Shown here: in pieces, positions 50,184-60,224 of the stretch
Position numbering within the stretch: the first letter of the stretch is position 1
Layout: every line of letters starts with the position of its first letter
NCBI GenBank assembly: GCA_044344255.1
Contig: JBIJDH010000030.1
Coordinates: forward strand, 1-63,991
DNA: 63,991 nt
Direction: 5' to 3'
Origin: Myxococcota bacterium
Lineage (GTDB): Bacteria > Myxococcota_A > UBA796 > UBA2385
Notes under the pieces: model-generated
Told to the model about the DNA's origin: nothing
The model's input: the letters and a program-made list of their open reading frames with translations, nothing else
Database searches by the model: none
Position numbers and translations under genes: made by a program

Positions 50184-51287
50184 TCACAATTCGACGGCGT
50201 AGAGCCCCACGGGGATGCCGCCGTTCGAGAAGTGCGTGAGGCGCTCGACCCGCGGGCTCACCCGCCGGGCCATCGCCGGATCCGAGGTGAGGAAGAGGGC
50301 GCGCCAGCCGGAGAAGCGGTCGCGCAGCGTGTTCCCGAAGGTGGTGTACATGCCGCCCACGTTCTGGCCGAGCCGCAGGCCGTAGGGCGGGTTGGCGACG
50401 ACGAGGCCGAAGGGGGCGGGCGCCTCGAGCTCGCGCACGTCCTGGTGGAACCACTGGACGGAGACGCCGGCGCGCTGGGCGTTGGCCATCGCCGCTTGGA
50501 TCGCCTCGGCGTCGTGATCGGCGCCGATGATGATCGGCGCCTCGCCGCGCCGGCCGCCGCCCTTCGCGCCCTCGCCGCGCCAGCGGGTTCCGAGCAGGAC
50601 TGGCCACTCTTCGAAGGCGTAGCTGCGGCCCACGCCCGGGGGCCTCCCAGCGGCGAGCAGGGCGGCCTCGATGGGCAGGGTGCCGCCGCCGCAGAAGGGG
50701 TCGACCAGCGGCTCGTCGCCGGTCCACCCTGCGGCGAGGAGCATGGCGGCGGCGAGGTTCTCGCGCAGGGGCGCCTTGCCCGTCGCCTCCCGCCAGCCGC
50801 GGCGGTGCAGCAGGTCATCGCCGCCGGCGTCGATCGAGACCCAGGCGCGGTCCTCCACCACCCGCATCTGGATGCGCTGGCTGACCTTGGGCCGGAAGCG
50901 CTGGGTGCTGGACCGGCCGAGGAGGGGGCGGAGCGCGTCCTTGAGCGCGTTCTCGACCTTCTTCTTCAGGGTGTCGTCGCGGTGGATGCGAGAGCCCTTC
51001 GAGGAGACGCCGACGATCACCTCGGCGCGGGGGTGCAGGTAGGGCGACCAGTCGATCTTCCGCACCAGCACGGCGGCCTCTTCCAGCGAGCGCACGGCGC
51101 CCTTCCCCACCTGCAGGAGCAGGCGGCTCGGGCTGCGTAGTCGGCCGGCGAGGGGGGCGCCCTCGAGGAGCGGCGCTTCGAAGGTGACGGCGCCGGGCTC
51201 GATCTCCACCGTCCAGCCGAGCTCGGTGAGCTCGCGGGCGACGACGGGCTCGAGTCCGGGGGGGGCGATGGCGGTCCAGGCGGGCAT
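50184..51287 (-). CDS. THUMP-domain RNA methyltransferase (RlmL-like)
   Basis: PGLEPVVAREL, LHRRGWR, APLRENLAAAML, DPFCGGGTLPIEAA, NPPYG.R. Confidence 0.9.
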   Translation of the reverse strand: MPAWTAIAPPGLEPVVARELTELGWTVEIEPGAVTFEAPLLEGAPLAGRLRSPSRLLLQVGKGAVRSLEEAAVLVRKIDWSPYLHPRAEVIVGVSSKGSRIHRDDTLKKKVENALKDALRPLLGRSSTQRFRPKVSQRIQMRVVEDRAWVSIDAGGDDLLHRRGWREATGKAPLRENLAAAMLLAAGWTGDEPLVDPFCGGGTLPIEAALLAAGRPPGVGRSYAFEEWPVLLGTRWRGEGAKGGGRRGEAPIIIGADHDAEAIQAAMANAQRAGVSVQWFHQDVRELEAPAPFGLVVANPPYGLRLGQNVGGMYTTFGNTLRDRFSGWRALFLTSDPAMARRVSPRVERLTHFSNGGIPVGLYAVEL

Positions 51288-51386
51288 CGGGGCGGCTATC
51301 CCGCAGGCGGCGCCCCTGTGCGGGGAGCCGGTCTCTCCGCGCGCGCCGCGCTTCCCCGCCCCCGCGGCCTCGGTTATCGGGCGGCG

Positions 51387-52193
51387 ATGAGCGCCCCCAC
51401 CCCCTCCGTCTCTCCTGCCTCTCCCTCCCGCGCGGGCGACAGCCGGGTGGCCTTGATCACGGGCGCCTCCTCGGGCATCGGTGAGGCGCTGGCGATCGAG
51501 CTCAGCCGCCGCGGCTGGCGGGTGGGGCTGATGGCCCGCCGCGCCTCCGAGCTCGAGGCCCTGGCCCAGAAGATCGGCCCCTCCGCTGCCTGGCGCACCG
51601 CGGATGTGCTCGATGAGCACAGCGTCAACGCCGCGGTGGCCGCGCTCGAGGCCGAGCTCGGCCCCTGTGAGCTGATGATCGCCAACGCCGGCATCGGCGA
51701 GCCCTGCGCGGCGAAGAATTGGGACAACGCCGTGATCACGCGGGTGATGCGGGTGAACTACGAGGGGGTGGTCTTCGCCTTCGGGGCGGTGATCCAGGGG
51801 ATGCTGGCGCGCGGCAAGGGGCAGCTCGCCGCGGTCTCGAGCGTCGCCGGCTACCGCGGCCTGCCCACCTTCGGGCCCTACGCGGCGAGCAAGTCGGCGG
51901 TGACCACCCTCTGCGAGTCGCTGCGCATCGAGCTCTCGCGGAAGGGCGTCGCCGTGACCACGATCCACCCGGGCTACATCGCCACCCCGATGACGGCGAA
52001 GAACAAATTCCCGATGCCCTTCCTGATGCCGGCCGAGGCGGCGGCGCGGGTGATGGCCGACGGCCTCGAGGCGCGGCGCCGCGAGATCAACACGCCCTGG
52101 CAGATGGGCCTGCTGATGGGCCTCTGCCGCCTCCTGCCCAATTGGATCTGGGACCGCGCGGTGGGCATCGCCGCGCCCAAGCCCATCCTGTAG
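51387..52193 (+). CDS. Short-chain dehydrogenase/reductase
   Basis: TGASSGIG, NAG, SSVAG, YAASK, HPGYIAT. Confidence 0.93.
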   Translation: MSAPTPSVSPASPSRAGDSRVALITGASSGIGEALAIELSRRGWRVGLMARRASELEALAQKIGPSAAWRTADVLDEHSVNAAVAALEAELGPCELMIANAGIGEPCAAKNWDNAVITRVMRVNYEGVVFAFGAVIQGMLARGKGQLAAVSSVAGYRGLPTFGPYAASKSAVTTLCESLRIELSRKGVAVTTIHPGYIATPMTAKNKFPMPFLMPAEAAARVMADGLEARRREINTPWQMGLLMGLCRLLPNWIWDRAVGIAAPKPIL

Positions 52194-52292
52194 GGCCCCT
52201 CGCCGCGCTCCCGCTCTGTCCCGCCCTGTGGTTTTTTTGTGGTTTTTCTGTCGTTTTCTGTCCTGTCCCTCTCCTGACTCCTCGGAGCGTCG

Positions 52293-52703
52293 ATGACCCC
52301 CTTCGGTATCCGCAAGAAGCTCAAGGCCCTCTTCGGTGGTGGTGACAAGGCCGGCGCCCCCGACAAGGCGGCCCGCCCCCCGATCAAGCGCTACAAGGTG
52401 GGCTTCGAGCTCCCGAAGGGCGGCGGATACGAGGCCGAGGCCAAGCACGAAGACTCCCTCGTCCTCACGAGCGGCCGCGGCCCCCAGCCGATCGCCACCG
52501 GCTGCGCCGACGGCACCTGCGGCACCTGTCGGGTGGAGGTCCTCGCGGGGGCCGAGCAGCTCTCTCCGCCGAGCGACCACGAGGGCAACACGAAGCGTAT
52601 CAACAACGTGCCGCCCGCGATGCGCCTCGGCTGTCAGACGCATGTGCTCGGCGAGGGCGTGAAGGTCAAGATCATCAACGTCTTCGGCGACATGCCCACC
52701 TAA
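52293..52703 (+). CDS. 2Fe-2S ferredoxin
   Basis: CADGTCGTC..RLGCQ. Confidence 0.9.
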   Translation: MTPFGIRKKLKALFGGGDKAGAPDKAARPPIKRYKVGFELPKGGGYEAEAKHEDSLVLTSGRGPQPIATGCADGTCGTCRVEVLAGAEQLSPPSDHEGNTKRINNVPPAMRLGCQTHVLGEGVKVKIINVFGDMPT

Positions 52704-52722
52704 GGGGCGCGCGGCGGGCGGG

Positions 52723-54384
52723 TCAATCGGTGACCGGCCAGACGAGCGCCCCGCCCCCCTCCTGTCCGGGCACCCCGAGGGCCTGCCGGAGGGTGCGGGA
52801 GAGGCGGGGGTCGCGGCCGCCCTCGAGGTGGACCAGCCAGCCGAAGCCGAGCGCGTGGGCCTCTCCGCGGAGGGCCCGGACCGCGGCGCCGTCCCCGCGC
52901 TCCGCCGCCTCGACGAGGCGGTCGGCGAGGGCGTCGGCGGCGGGGCGGTCGGTCGGCCCCTGGCTCGCGGTGTAGGGGTTGGCTCCCATGGGGTGGCCAT
53001 GCGCGGTCTGATAGAGGAGCGCGGGGTGGCGGACCGCCGCCGCGTCCCCGCTCGACTGGGCCTTCCAGGCGTTCGCCCGCGGGCGCGGCAGCTCGAGCAG
53101 GGGGGCCTCGTCGCCGAGGGTGAGCAGCGGCGCGGGGACTGAATATTCGAGGGTCTGTCGCGGCCAGGGGAGCGGGGCCACGAGGAGCGAGTCGACCGCG
53201 ACGAGGCCCAGCAGGGCGGCGAGGGCGAGGGGCGCCCGCGCCCCGGCCCGCCCGGCGAGGCGGAGCAGTCCGCTGGCCGCGAGCGGAGAGAGCAGCAGCG
53301 CCGCCACCATCGCCGCCCGGTAATATCGGGGGGACTGACCGAAGAGGGGGTGGAGCTCCGCCAGCAGGCCGGCCGGCAGCAGCAGGGGCCGCCCATAGAC
53401 CCGCGGGATCCGCCCCGCCACCACGAGGTAGAAGCCGAGGGAGAGGACGGCGAAGAGGCCGATGAGCAGCGTGTGGGAGCGGGCCGCGCCCCGCCGGCCG
53501 AGGGCGGCGAAGAGCAGGGCCGGCAGCCCCAGATAGACGACATGAAATCGAGCGTCCCCGGCGCGCGCGAGGGGGAGCACGAGGTGGAGCAGGTCGGCCC
53601 CGAGCATCTGGTTCTTCGGGTCGGCCGGGGCGGCCAGGATCTGGGGCAGCAGCGAGCGGGCGCCGGGGGCCTCGGCCGGCCGGAGGGTGAGGATCGCCTG
53701 CAGGACGGGCGCGGCGAGCAGCAGGGCGAGGCCCGCCGCGACGAGGGCGGCGGCGAGGGCCCGGGGGCGGCGCAGCTCGGCGAGGAGCACGATGGGCAGC
53801 CCCATCCCGAGGTAGAGCGCCCCGTAGGGCCCCGCCCACACGGTCGCCCCGGACAGGCCGGCGGCGAGCAGCGTGGCGGCGGGGGATGGGGCGCGGCAGA
53901 GCGCCGCCCAGGCGGCGAGGGCGAGCACCGGGAGGCCCATCGGCTGGGCCTCGGTCATCCCGGTGAACAGGCCGCCAGCCATCGGCGCCGCGAGCACGCC
54001 GAGGGTGGCCGCCAGCCAGGCGGGGGGCGCGGGCCGGAGCCAGGTGCGGCCGGCCACAGCGGCGCCCAGCCCCGCCACCAGCAGCCAGCCGAGCTGCACG
54101 AGGTGGAAGCCCAGCGCGGGGCCGCCGAGCCACTCCCCGGGCGCGTAGAAGAGCAGGGACAGCGGGTCGCCCATCACCCAGGTGAAGCCGCCGGGGAAGG
54201 CCACGCGGGTGGTCTCGAGCACGAGCGGGCCGTCCCGCAGGGCCAGCCAGAGGGTCCAGAGGTGGTCTACCGCCTCGAGGTCGGGGGCGCCGAGCAGGCG
54301 GTCGGTCGGGTGGAGGGGGGCCGGCCACAGCACGAGCAGCGCGGTGATCAAGGGGATGGCCGCGGTGGGCGCCGGTCGCCTCAC
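52723..54384 (-). CDS. Polytopic membrane protein, GT-C/YfhO-like
   Basis: DHLWTLW, FPGG, many TM helices, YLG, LLELP, LLYQTAHGHP. Confidence 0.65.
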   Translation of the reverse strand: MRRPAPTAAIPLITALLVLWPAPLHPTDRLLGAPDLEAVDHLWTLWLALRDGPLVLETTRVAFPGGFTWVMGDPLSLLFYAPGEWLGGPALGFHLVQLGWLLVAGLGAAVAGRTWLRPAPPAWLAATLGVLAAPMAGGLFTGMTEAQPMGLPVLALAAWAALCRAPSPAATLLAAGLSGATVWAGPYGALYLGMGLPIVLLAELRRPRALAAALVAAGLALLLAAPVLQAILTLRPAEAPGARSLLPQILAAPADPKNQMLGADLLHLVLPLARAGDARFHVVYLGLPALLFAALGRRGAARSHTLLIGLFAVLSLGFYLVVAGRIPRVYGRPLLLPAGLLAELHPLFGQSPRYYRAAMVAALLLSPLAASGLLRLAGRAGARAPLALAALLGLVAVDSLLVAPLPWPRQTLEYSVPAPLLTLGDEAPLLELPRPRANAWKAQSSGDAAAVRHPALLYQTAHGHPMGANPYTASQGPTDRPAADALADRLVEAAERGDGAAVRALRGEAHALGFGWLVHLEGGRDPRLSRTLRQALGVPGQEGGGALVWPVTD

Positions 54385-56105
54385 GGCTCCCCCCTCTCCG
54401 GCGGCGGCGGTGGCGGCGGCGGCGGTCTATCGGTCGGCGCCACCATCCCGGCGGGGGGCGGGATGACCGTGAGGTCCAAGATGATCACCCCCGCCTCCTG
54501 GATCTGGACCGCCTCCGGCCAGCGCCGCGGCAGCTCGGCGATCAGCTTCTGGTCGATCTTCTCGGTGGGCTCCAGCGGGTGGATCACGAGCCATCGATAG
54601 CCCGCGCCCCGGAGCCCGGCCGGCAGGGCGGCGACGTCGCCCAGCACGAGCGGGGTGAGCCGCCGCGGGAAGGGGCTGTTGATGCCGGCGGCGACGGGGC
54701 GGCCGTGGCAGGTCTGGTTGAGCAGCCAGCGCTCGTCGAGGGTGGCGGGCAGGTCAAAGACGGCGCCGGCCTCGAGGCCTGTGAGGAGGCGGCAGGAGGC
54801 GTCCACCTCCACCCGGCCGCTGCGCACGAAGGCGGCGCCGGGCCCGAAGGCGAGGAGGTCGAGGAGGATGAGACCGACCGCCAGCGGCCTGCCGCGGGGC
54901 ATGTCTTTGAGGTCGCGGGCGTCGAGGCCGCGGGCGGCGAGGGCGCCCACCCCAAGGGCGGCGAGGCTGGCGAAGCGGTAAGCGATGGCGAGGGCGTCGA
55001 GGCTCTGCAGGCGCTGCATCCAGTGCCAGGGGAGCCAGAGGGTCTGTCCGGCGACCGTGAGGTCCGTCGGGCCCCAGCGGAGGGCGCCGCCGAGGGCGAG
55101 CAGGAGCCCGAGGCCGGTGAGGAGCAGCCAGCGGGGCGCGGGGTCGCCCTGGGGCGCGGCGCCCTGGGGAGCGCGCGGGGGCGGGCGGAGGAGGCCCCAG
55201 AGGGCGAGGGCGAGGGGGGCGAGGCCGAGGTACCAGGCGTGGCGGGTCCAGCCGTCTTGGATCTCGTCCTGGTCGGGCCAGAAGAAGCCCCGCAGCCAGG
55301 CCGCCCCCGCCGAGACGTGGTGCGGGCCGCGCTTGCGCACCATCGCGTCGGGGCCGTTGATCGTGCTCTCCACGAGCGAGAGGTACGGCCAGAGGAGCGC
55401 AACCGCGACGAGGCCCGCGACGAGGCCGGTGATGAGCAGGCGGCCCGCCGCGCGGCGATCGTGGGGCCAGGGGAGCCAGCAGAGCGCCGCCACGCCGCAC
55501 ATCAGCGCGACGTAGGGGTTGCACCAGGCCGACAGGCCGAGGCCGAGGCCCAGGGCCGCCGCGGGGGCCGCGCCGCCCTGGGCCCGCCGCGCCAGCAGGA
55601 CGACGAGGGGGATGAAGAAGACCGGCGTGACGTCGGGGTTTCCGTTGTGGAGCCCGCTCAGCAGCACGGGCGAGAGGCCGAAGGTGAGGCCCCCCGCCGC
55701 CGCGGCGAGGCGCGAGCGCCCCTCGGCGCGGAGGGCGAGCAGGGTGAGGGCGGCGGCCAGGGCGGGGTGGGCGAGCTGCAGCAGGTTGTAGGCGAAGACG
55801 GGCCCGAAGAGGCGGGCGAAGGGGGCCACGAGCAGGGAGCCCGGGAGGTCTGCCACGAGCAGGCGGGCGCCGTCTGGCCAGAGCAGCCCCTCGACCTTCA
55901 CCGCCGGCAGCCCGGGGAGCGCCTCGCCCACCCGCCAGAGCCCCCAGGCGATGCTGGCGAAGTCGCCCTGCGCCCCGCCGAGGGCCGTGGTGGTGGGGGC
56001 GAGCGGCACGGGCCAGCCGAGCAGGCCGAGCAGCAGCGCCACGGCCAGCGCCAGGCCGAGGGCGGCCGGGAGGTCCAGCGGCGGGCGCGCGGCGGGGTCG
56101 GTCAT
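54381..56105 (-). CDS. Polytopic membrane protein, GT-C/YfhO-like (paralog of the downstream gene)
   Basis: WGLW, WPDG, AYNLL, WYLG, YRF, VFDLP, LLNQTCHGRP. GTGA overlap. Confidence 0.65.
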   Translation of the reverse strand: MTDPAARPPLDLPAALGLALAVALLLGLLGWPVPLAPTTTALGGAQGDFASIAWGLWRVGEALPGLPAVKVEGLLWPDGARLLVADLPGSLLVAPFARLFGPVFAYNLLQLAHPALAAALTLLALRAEGRSRLAAAAGGLTFGLSPVLLSGLHNGNPDVTPVFFIPLVVLLARRAQGGAAPAAALGLGLGLSAWCNPYVALMCGVAALCWLPWPHDRRAAGRLLITGLVAGLVAVALLWPYLSLVESTINGPDAMVRKRGPHHVSAGAAWLRGFFWPDQDEIQDGWTRHAWYLGLAPLALALWGLLRPPPRAPQGAAPQGDPAPRWLLLTGLGLLLALGGALRWGPTDLTVAGQTLWLPWHWMQRLQSLDALAIAYRFASLAALGVGALAARGLDARDLKDMPRGRPLAVGLILLDLLAFGPGAAFVRSGRVEVDASCRLLTGLEAGAVFDLPATLDERWLLNQTCHGRPVAAGINSPFPRRLTPLVLGDVAALPAGLRGAGYRWLVIHPLEPTEKIDQKLIAELPRRWPEAVQIQEAGVIILDLTVIPPPAGMVAPTDRPPPPPPPPPERGEP

Positions 56106-56117
56106 GGAGCCTGTGCG

Positions 56118-56155
56118 GAGGGGGTGGGGGGGATTAGAGGGGGTGGGGGGGATTA
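56118..56155 (+). repeat. Perfect 19-bp tandem duplication (gagggggtgggggggatta x2), G-quadruplex-capable
   Basis: Copies at 56118-56136 and 56137-56155, within a 59-bp divergent intergenic region. Confidence 0.9.
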
Positions 56156-56164
56156 ACCGACCCG

Positions 56165-57427
56165 ATGCCCGCCCCGCGCCCCCCTCTCGAGGCCCTCTCG
56201 GCCGGCTCCTGGCCGACAGACCCGCTCCCCCTCCTGGTGAGCGTCGCGGGGCTGCTGCTCGGCCTCTTCACGCTCCGCAGCGTCTATCGGGGCGGCACCA
56301 CCTGGAACGACCACCTCGTCGCCGGGGTCGTCACCGGCTGCATGGCGGTCTATCCGGTGCTGTCCTGGGGGGCGGCGGCGGAGGGCCTGGATTCGCCGGG
56401 CCTGCATGGGCTGTTCCTCGCCGGTGAGGTGGGGATCGCCGGCCTCTTCTTCGTGCTCGACCGGCGGGTGGAGGCCCGCGCGCTCCTCCCGCTCGCCTTT
56501 TGGAGCCAGCCCGCCTACGCCTTCGCGCTCTGGGCCGGCCTCGTCGGCGTCTTCTGGCTGCCCGGCTCCCTCCTCGTCCGCGCGCTGGGCTGGGGGGCTC
56601 CCAACCCGGGCTGGCCGGGGCTCCTGCTGCTGCCGCCGCTCCTCCTCACGGTATGGGGCACCGCGTGGACCTACGCCCGCGCCAACCGTGTCGTCCGGCT
56701 CCGCCTCTCCGTCCCGGGCCTCGGGGGGCGGCTGCGGGTCGCGCACCTGAGCGACGTCCACGCCAGCCCGACGATGACCGGCCCCCACCTCCGCGAGATG
56801 GTGCGCCGCGTCAACGCCGAGCAGCCCGATCTCGTCGTCGTGACGGGCGACCTCGTCATGCCCTACTCCGAGCAGCACCACGCCTACCTGCTCGAGGCCC
56901 TCGCCGGCCTCCGGGCGCCCACCTTCGCCTGCGCGGGCAACCACGACCTCCCCGTGCTCGACACGCTGCGCCGGGAGCTCGCCCTCCAAGGCCAGCCGAT
57001 GCTCGTCGATGAGCGCGTCCACGTCGAGCTCGCCGGCCAGCGCGTGGAGCTCGTGGGCGCCGCCTTCCGCTGGCGCGGGGTCGCGCCGGCCCTCGACGCC
57101 CTCCTCGACGGCCTGCCGCCCGAGCCCGACGTCGGCCTCCGCCTCCTCCTCGGCCATGACCCGCGGGTCTTTCGAGACCTTCGCCCGGGCCGCTTCCACC
57201 TCGTGCTCTCCGGCCACACCCACGGCGGACAGGTGGCGGCCGACATGTTCGGCTGGCCGGCCTCGGTGCTCCGCCTCTTCGGCGTCTATGACCAGGGCCT
57301 CTTCGAGCGGGGCGGGACGCGCCTCTATGTGCACCGCGGCAACTGGCACACCGGACTGCCGCCGCGGCTCGGGGTCGCGAGTGAGATCGTGATCTTTGAC
57401 CTCGTGCCCCCGGCGCCGGGGCGATAG
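56165..57427 (+). CDS. Membrane-bound metallophosphoesterase
   Basis: N-terminal TMs; SDVH, TGDLV, GNHD, LGHDP, SGHTHGGQ. Confidence 0.92.
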   Translation: MPAPRPPLEALSAGSWPTDPLPLLVSVAGLLLGLFTLRSVYRGGTTWNDHLVAGVVTGCMAVYPVLSWGAAAEGLDSPGLHGLFLAGEVGIAGLFFVLDRRVEARALLPLAFWSQPAYAFALWAGLVGVFWLPGSLLVRALGWGAPNPGWPGLLLLPPLLLTVWGTAWTYARANRVVRLRLSVPGLGGRLRVAHLSDVHASPTMTGPHLREMVRRVNAEQPDLVVVTGDLVMPYSEQHHAYLLEALAGLRAPTFACAGNHDLPVLDTLRRELALQGQPMLVDERVHVELAGQRVELVGAAFRWRGVAPALDALLDGLPPEPDVGLRLLLGHDPRVFRDLRPGRFHLVLSGHTHGGQVAADMFGWPASVLRLFGVYDQGLFERGGTRLYVHRGNWHTGLPPRLGVASEIVIFDLVPPAPGR

Positions 57428-57437
57428 GCCGCGCCCC

Positions 57438-59081
57438 TCACTCCGGGAAGACGTACCCCGCGAAGCGCTCGCGCAGCCGGCGCTTGAGCACCTTGCCGGT
57501 GGCACCCAGGGGCAGGGCCTCGATGAGCTCGATGGCGTCGGGCATCCACCAGCGCACGAGGCGGGTGGACAGATAGGCGCGGAGCTCGCTCACGGTGGGG
57601 GACTGGCCGGGGGCGGCCACCACGACGAGCAGCGGCCGCTCCCCCCACTTCGGGTGGGGGAGGCCGATGGCCGCGGCCCCGGCGACGCTCGGGTGGCCGA
57701 CCATCGCGTTCTCGAGGATGATGCTGCTGATCCACTCGCCGCCCGACTTGATGACGTCCTTGCTGCGGTCGGTGATCTGCATGTAGCTGTCGGCGTCGAT
57801 GGTCGCGATGTCGCCGGTGGCGAACCATCCGTCCTTGTGCGACTCATTCGGCTCGTCGGGGCCGGGCCGGAAGTAAGCGCTGGCCACCCAGGGCCCGCGC
57901 ACCTGGAGGTGGCCGGCGCTCTCGCCGTCATGCGGCAGCACCACCCCCTCGTCGCTCACGAGCCGCAGGTCGATGCCGTAGATGGGTCGGCCCTGCTTGG
58001 CCTTGACGGGGAGCGTCTGCTCATAGGGCAGGCCCTCGTGCTTGGGGAGCATCAGGTTGGCGGTGCCGAGCGGGCTCGTCTCGGTCATCCCCCAGGCGTG
58101 CAGCACGCGGGCGCCGTGCTCCTGCTCGAAGGCTTGGATCATCGAGGGGGGACAGGCCGCGCCGCCGATGGTCACCTTCTTCACGGTGGTCAGTCGCCGC
58201 CCCTCGCCGCGGAGGTGCCCGAGCAGGTTCGACCACACCGTCGGCACGCCGAGGAGGCTCGTCACGCGCTCGCTGTCGATGAGCTCGAGCAGGCTCTTCC
58301 CATCGAGTCCGGGGCCCGGCAGCACCAGCTTCGAGCCGGTCATCGCCGCCGCATAGGGCACGCCCCAGGCGTTGACATGGAACATCGGGACGACCGGGAG
58401 GGTGACGTCGGAGGCGGAGATCGCGAGCGCGTCGACCATCGCGATGGCGTAGGAGTGCAGCACCGTCGAGCGGTGCGAGTACAGCACGCCCTTTGGGTTC
58501 CCCGCGGTGCCGGATGTGTAACAGAGCGAGGAGGCGGTCCGTTCATCGAGGGCCGGCCAGTCATAGACCTCGGGCTCACCCGCGATCAGCGCCTCATAGG
58601 CGGTCGCCGCCACGCCGCCCGCGCTGTGCAGCCCGGCGGGGAGGCCGGCGGCGTCGGTCATCGAGACGAGGCGCCCGACCCCCGGGCAGCGCGCGCCCAC
58701 GAGCTCGGCGAGCTTCGTGAAGGTCGTGTCGAAGAAGAGCAGGCTGTCCTGGGCGTGACCGACCACGTAGAGGAGCTGATCGGGCGGCAGGCGGGGGTTG
58801 ATCGTGTGCAGCACCGCCCCCATGCCGGAGACCGCGAAGTAGAGCTCGAGGTGCCGATGGTTGTTCCAGGCGATCGTCGCCACCCGGTCTCCCGGCTGCA
58901 CCCCGAGGCGGTGGAGCGCGTTCGCCAGCTTCGCGGCGCGCTTCGCCACCTCCCCCCACGTCGTGCGGGTGACGCTGCCGTCCACCTCGCGGGAGACCAC
59001 CTCGACCGACCCGTGAAAGCGGGCGGCGAAGCGGATCTGGCTGGAGATGAGCAGGGGCTCGTCCATCATGAGGCCGAACAT
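57438..59081 (-). CDS. Fatty acyl-CoA ligase (AlkK/DmdB-like)
   Basis: [52 protein letters not shown]. Confidence 0.95.
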   Translation of the reverse strand: MFGLMMDEPLLISSQIRFAARFHGSVEVVSREVDGSVTRTTWGEVAKRAAKLANALHRLGVQPGDRVATIAWNNHRHLELYFAVSGMGAVLHTINPRLPPDQLLYVVGHAQDSLLFFDTTFTKLAELVGARCPGVGRLVSMTDAAGLPAGLHSAGGVAATAYEALIAGEPEVYDWPALDERTASSLCYTSGTAGNPKGVLYSHRSTVLHSYAIAMVDALAISASDVTLPVVPMFHVNAWGVPYAAAMTGSKLVLPGPGLDGKSLLELIDSERVTSLLGVPTVWSNLLGHLRGEGRRLTTVKKVTIGGAACPPSMIQAFEQEHGARVLHAWGMTETSPLGTANLMLPKHEGLPYEQTLPVKAKQGRPIYGIDLRLVSDEGVVLPHDGESAGHLQVRGPWVASAYFRPGPDEPNESHKDGWFATGDIATIDADSYMQITDRSKDVIKSGGEWISSIILENAMVGHPSVAGAAAIGLPHPKWGERPLLVVVAAPGQSPTVSELRAYLSTRLVRWWMPDAIELIEALPLGATGKVLKRRLRERFAGYVFPE

Positions 59082-59166
59082 GGGGGCTCCGGGCGGTCGG
59101 GGGGCGGGCGCCCAGCCTACGCGGGGTCGGCGGGGCGAACAAGGCGCCCCGCGACCTCCGGCGCGT

Positions 59167-60045
59167 TCAGCAGCAGCGACGGCCGCGCGCCCCGAGGGTC
59201 AGCGGGACGGACTGGGGGGCGCCGCCGCGCAGGAGGTGGAGCGTGAGGCGGGCCCCGGCGCCGAGCTCCGCGAGGGCGGCGGCGAGGGTCGGCGGCGTGA
59301 GGGTCCGGGTCTCGTTCACCGCGAGGAGGATGTCCCCCACGAGCAGCCCGCCGACCGCGGCCGGCGAGCCCGCCTCGATCGAGCCCACGAGCAGCCCCGC
59401 CCCCTGCGAGACCTCCACCGGGCTCACGCTGACGCCGAGCCAGCCGCGCTGCACGAGGCCGCGGGCGACCAGGGCGGGCACCACCGCGCGCAGCGTGGAG
59501 ATCGGCAGGGTGGTGCCGCCGCGCACGATGCCCGCCGTGTTGAGGCCGACCACGCGCCCCTCCGCCGAGACCAGGGGGCCGCCCGAGGAGCCGGGGAGGA
59601 GGTTCCCGTCCACCTCGATGAGCCGGTCGATGGAGACACCGCCCGGGGTGGTCCAGGCGCCGCCGAGGCGCTGCACGAGGCCGAGCGTGGCGCGCACGTC
59701 CCCGTCGGGGCGGCCGAGCATCAGCACGAGGTGCCCGACGGCGAGCGTGTCATCCTCCCCGAGGGGGGCCGGGGTGAAGGGGCCCTCCCCCTCCACCTGG
59801 AGGACCGCGAGGTCGCGGGCCAGGTCTCGACCGACCACCCGGGCGCCGGCGCGGCGACCGTCGGCGAGGAGGACGGGCAGCTCATCGCGTCGGGTCGCGA
59901 TGCGGGCGGTGGTGAGCACGAGCCCTCCCTCGCTCCAGACGAGGCCGGTGGCGGAGCCCGCGAGGCCGGGCACCGTGACGAGGGAGGGAGAGAGGGCGGC
60001 CACGGCGCGACCGAGCTCTTGGGACAGCGAGGCGAAGGCAGACAT
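59167..60045 (-). CDS. S1C/HtrA-like protease-PDZ protein lacking the catalytic His
   Basis: GRDLARDLAVL, PGSSGGPL, C-terminal PDZ. LTTARI is found where LTNxH is expected. Confidence 0.8.
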   Translation of the reverse strand: MSAFASLSQELGRAVAALSPSLVTVPGLAGSATGLVWSEGGLVLTTARIATRRDELPVLLADGRRAGARVVGRDLARDLAVLQVEGEGPFTPAPLGEDDTLAVGHLVLMLGRPDGDVRATLGLVQRLGGAWTTPGGVSIDRLIEVDGNLLPGSSGGPLVSAEGRVVGLNTAGIVRGGTTLPISTLRAVVPALVARGLVQRGWLGVSVSPVEVSQGAGLLVGSIEAGSPAAVGGLLVGDILLAVNETRTLTPPTLAAALAELGAGARLTLHLLRGGAPQSVPLTLGARGRRCC

Positions 60046-60224
60046 GCACACTCCAGGTGGCCCGCAGGAGAGAGACCCGCGGGTTGCGTCTCCAACTTGG
60101 GGCCGGTCGGGAGCCTCGGGTATCGCCCGGAAGGGGAGGCGGGGGCTGGCACAACGAGGAGGGGCGCCTGCTCATCCGGGGAGGGGGGGCCTGTTCAAAT
60201 GGACAGGTCCGTCCCTGGCCGCCC

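Noticed and set aside
50184..53543. Apparent long N-terminal extensions or fusions (also 12826-15525, 13081-15243, 21437-23413, 35720-38791, 49153-50727)
   Set aside because: The extensions overlap well-supported neighbouring genes, and better starts exist downstream.
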